Positions 62,661 through 64,000 of a DNA stretch of 64,000 nucleotides are shown piece after piece. The notes under the pieces are model-generated. The model was not told the origin of the DNA. It ran no database searches and saw only the letters and a list, made by a program, of their open reading frames with translations. This DNA is from an uncultured Gammaproteobacteria bacterium (GTDB taxonomy: Bacteria; Patescibacteriota; Microgenomatia; UBA8517), in contig CAZWNZ010000001.1 of NCBI GenBank assembly GCA_964635715.1, positions 344,274 to 408,273 of the forward strand, given 5' to 3'. Numbering within the stretch: the stretch's first letter is position 1; each line of letters starts with the position of its first letter. The position numbers were made by a program, and so were the translations under genes.

Positions 62661-64000
62661 ATGAATCTTATTATCGTTGAGTCGCCGACAAAAGCCAGAA
62701 CTCTCGGAAAATTTTTGGGGAGTAAATTTGCTGTGGAAGCAACCGCGGGGCATATTAAAGACCTGCCAAAAAGCAAGCTTGGAATTGAAGTTGAAGATCA
62801 TTTCAAACCGGATTTTGCTGATATTCCAAAAAAGAAAGACATTATTAAAAAGCTGAAATCAGAAGGTAAAAAGGCCGACAAAATTTATTTGGCAACAGAC
62901 CCCGACCGTGAAGGAGAAGCTATCGCCCAGCATGTTGCGGAAGTGTTAGGATCAAACTCAAAACTCAGAAGAATAGCTTTCCATGAGATAACAAAGGAAG
63001 CGGTGGAAGAGGCGATTGGAAACCCCAGGAGTATTGATAAAAATTTGGTTGATGCTCAAATTGCCAGAAGGGTTTTGGATAGATTGGTTGGTTACAAGCT
63101 TTCACCACTGCTTTGGAAAAAAATCAGGCGTGGTCTTTCAGCCGGGCGTGTACAGTCGGTTGCTGTGCGTCTCATTGTTGAAAAAGAAAGAGAAATAAAA
63201 GCGTTTAAAACTGAAGAATATTGGGAGATATTTTCAAAGGTAAAGACAGATAAGAAAGAGGAATTTGATGTCGAATTGGTCAAGGTGGATGGAAAAACAA
63301 TGGAGGTTAAGAATAAGGAATCTGCCGACAAGATTATTGAGAATTTAGAAAAGGCTTTATACAAAGTTACTGACATCCGGAAAAAAGAGGTTAAAAAAAG
63401 TCCGTATCCACCATTTACAACTTCAACTATGTCACAGGCAGCGGCAAGGATTTTTGGTTGGTCTTCCAAAAAAACCATGTCTATGGCCCAAAAGCTTTAT
63501 GAAGAGGGCCTTATTACTTACCACAGAACAGATTCGTTTAATTTATCTATTGCGGCTGTTGAAAATGTCAGAAAATATATCAAGAAAGAATTTGGTGAAA
63601 GTTATTTACCGGCATCCCCCAAATATTACAAAACCAGTTCGAAAGTAGCTCAGGAAGCTCATGAAGCAATTAGGCCGACTGACATAAATTCCAAATTTCA
63701 AATGACAAACGACAAATGGGGCAAAGATGAGGAAACACTCTATAAATTAATTTGGTCGAGATTTGTTGCCTGTCAAATGAACCCAAGTCTTTACGATGAA
63801 ACTGTGATTGATGTGGAGGCCGCTAAGTACTTGCTTCGGGCCGGAGGTCAGATTATGAAATTTGACGGATGGAGAAAGGTTATGCCATCAAAACTAGATC
63901 CAGAAGGTGCCGTTAAACTCCCTGACGTTTCCAAAAACGAGGAATTAAAATTAATTAAAACTTGGGGAGAACAAAAATTTACCCAAGCTCCTGCAAGATA
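62661..64000 (+). CDS. topA: DNA topoisomerase I, partial (runs off the window)
   Basis: MNLIIVESPTKA, GHIKDLP, LATDPDREGE, SAGRVQS, ITYHRTDS, QEAHEAIRPT. Confidence 0.97.
   Translation, partial: MNLIIVESPTKARTLGKFLGSKFAVEATAGHIKDLPKSKLGIEVEDHFKPDFADIPKKKDIIKKLKSEGKKADKIYLATDPDREGEAIAQHVAEVLGSNSKLRRIAFHEITKEAVEEAIGNPRSIDKNLVDAQIARRVLDRLVGYKLSPLLWKKIRRGLSAGRVQSVAVRLIVEKEREIKAFKTEEYWEIFSKVKTDKKEEFDVELVKVDGKTMEVKNKESADKIIENLEKALYKVTDIRKKEVKKSPYPPFTTSTMSQAAARIFGWSSKKTMSMAQKLYEEGLITYHRTDSFNLSIAAVENVRKYIKKEFGESYLPASPKYYKTSSKVAQEAHEAIRPTDINSKFQMTNDKWGKDEETLYKLIWSRFVACQMNPSLYDETVIDVEAAKYLLRAGGQIMKFDGWRKVMPSKLDPEGAVKLPDVSKNEELKLIKTWGEQKFTQAPAR

Overview
A gene-dense, AT-rich bacterial chromosome segment in genetic code 11 (TGA is a stop). 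Gene content and style suggest a Candidate Phyla Radiation / Microgenomates-like genome; that placement is inference. Housekeeping content: leuS, argS, ndk, two mreB paralogues, PBP2, fmt/def, queA, rnhB, gmk, partial topA, a fragmented secE-nusG-rplKAJL/rpmG cluster, six tRNAs, a probable 6S RNA and an L10 leader. Also present are competence genes (comEA, split comEC, dprA) and the lower half of an IPK-type mevalonate/prenyl pathway. The most striking locus is 23.2-33.9 kb. An F1-type ATPase operon (alpha, gamma, beta, short epsilon) has no a, b or delta gene. It is headed by an exported beta-rich protein ending in a subunit-c-like hairpin (EAIGRNP loop) that lacks the ion-binding carboxylate. 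Divergently transcribed are a ~1580-aa fibre-like surface protein with a cytoplasmic MerR-type HTH and a LytR_C protein. This is a candidate ATP-driven, ion-uncoupled rotary surface machine (hypothesis). Other notable items are a 7TM plus triple ATP-grasp ligase operon, partial duplications at three tRNA genes, several families of tiny palindromic or periodic elements inserted in frame in essential genes, and many extended -10 boxes close to start codons. All calls come from reading the sequence; no searches were run.
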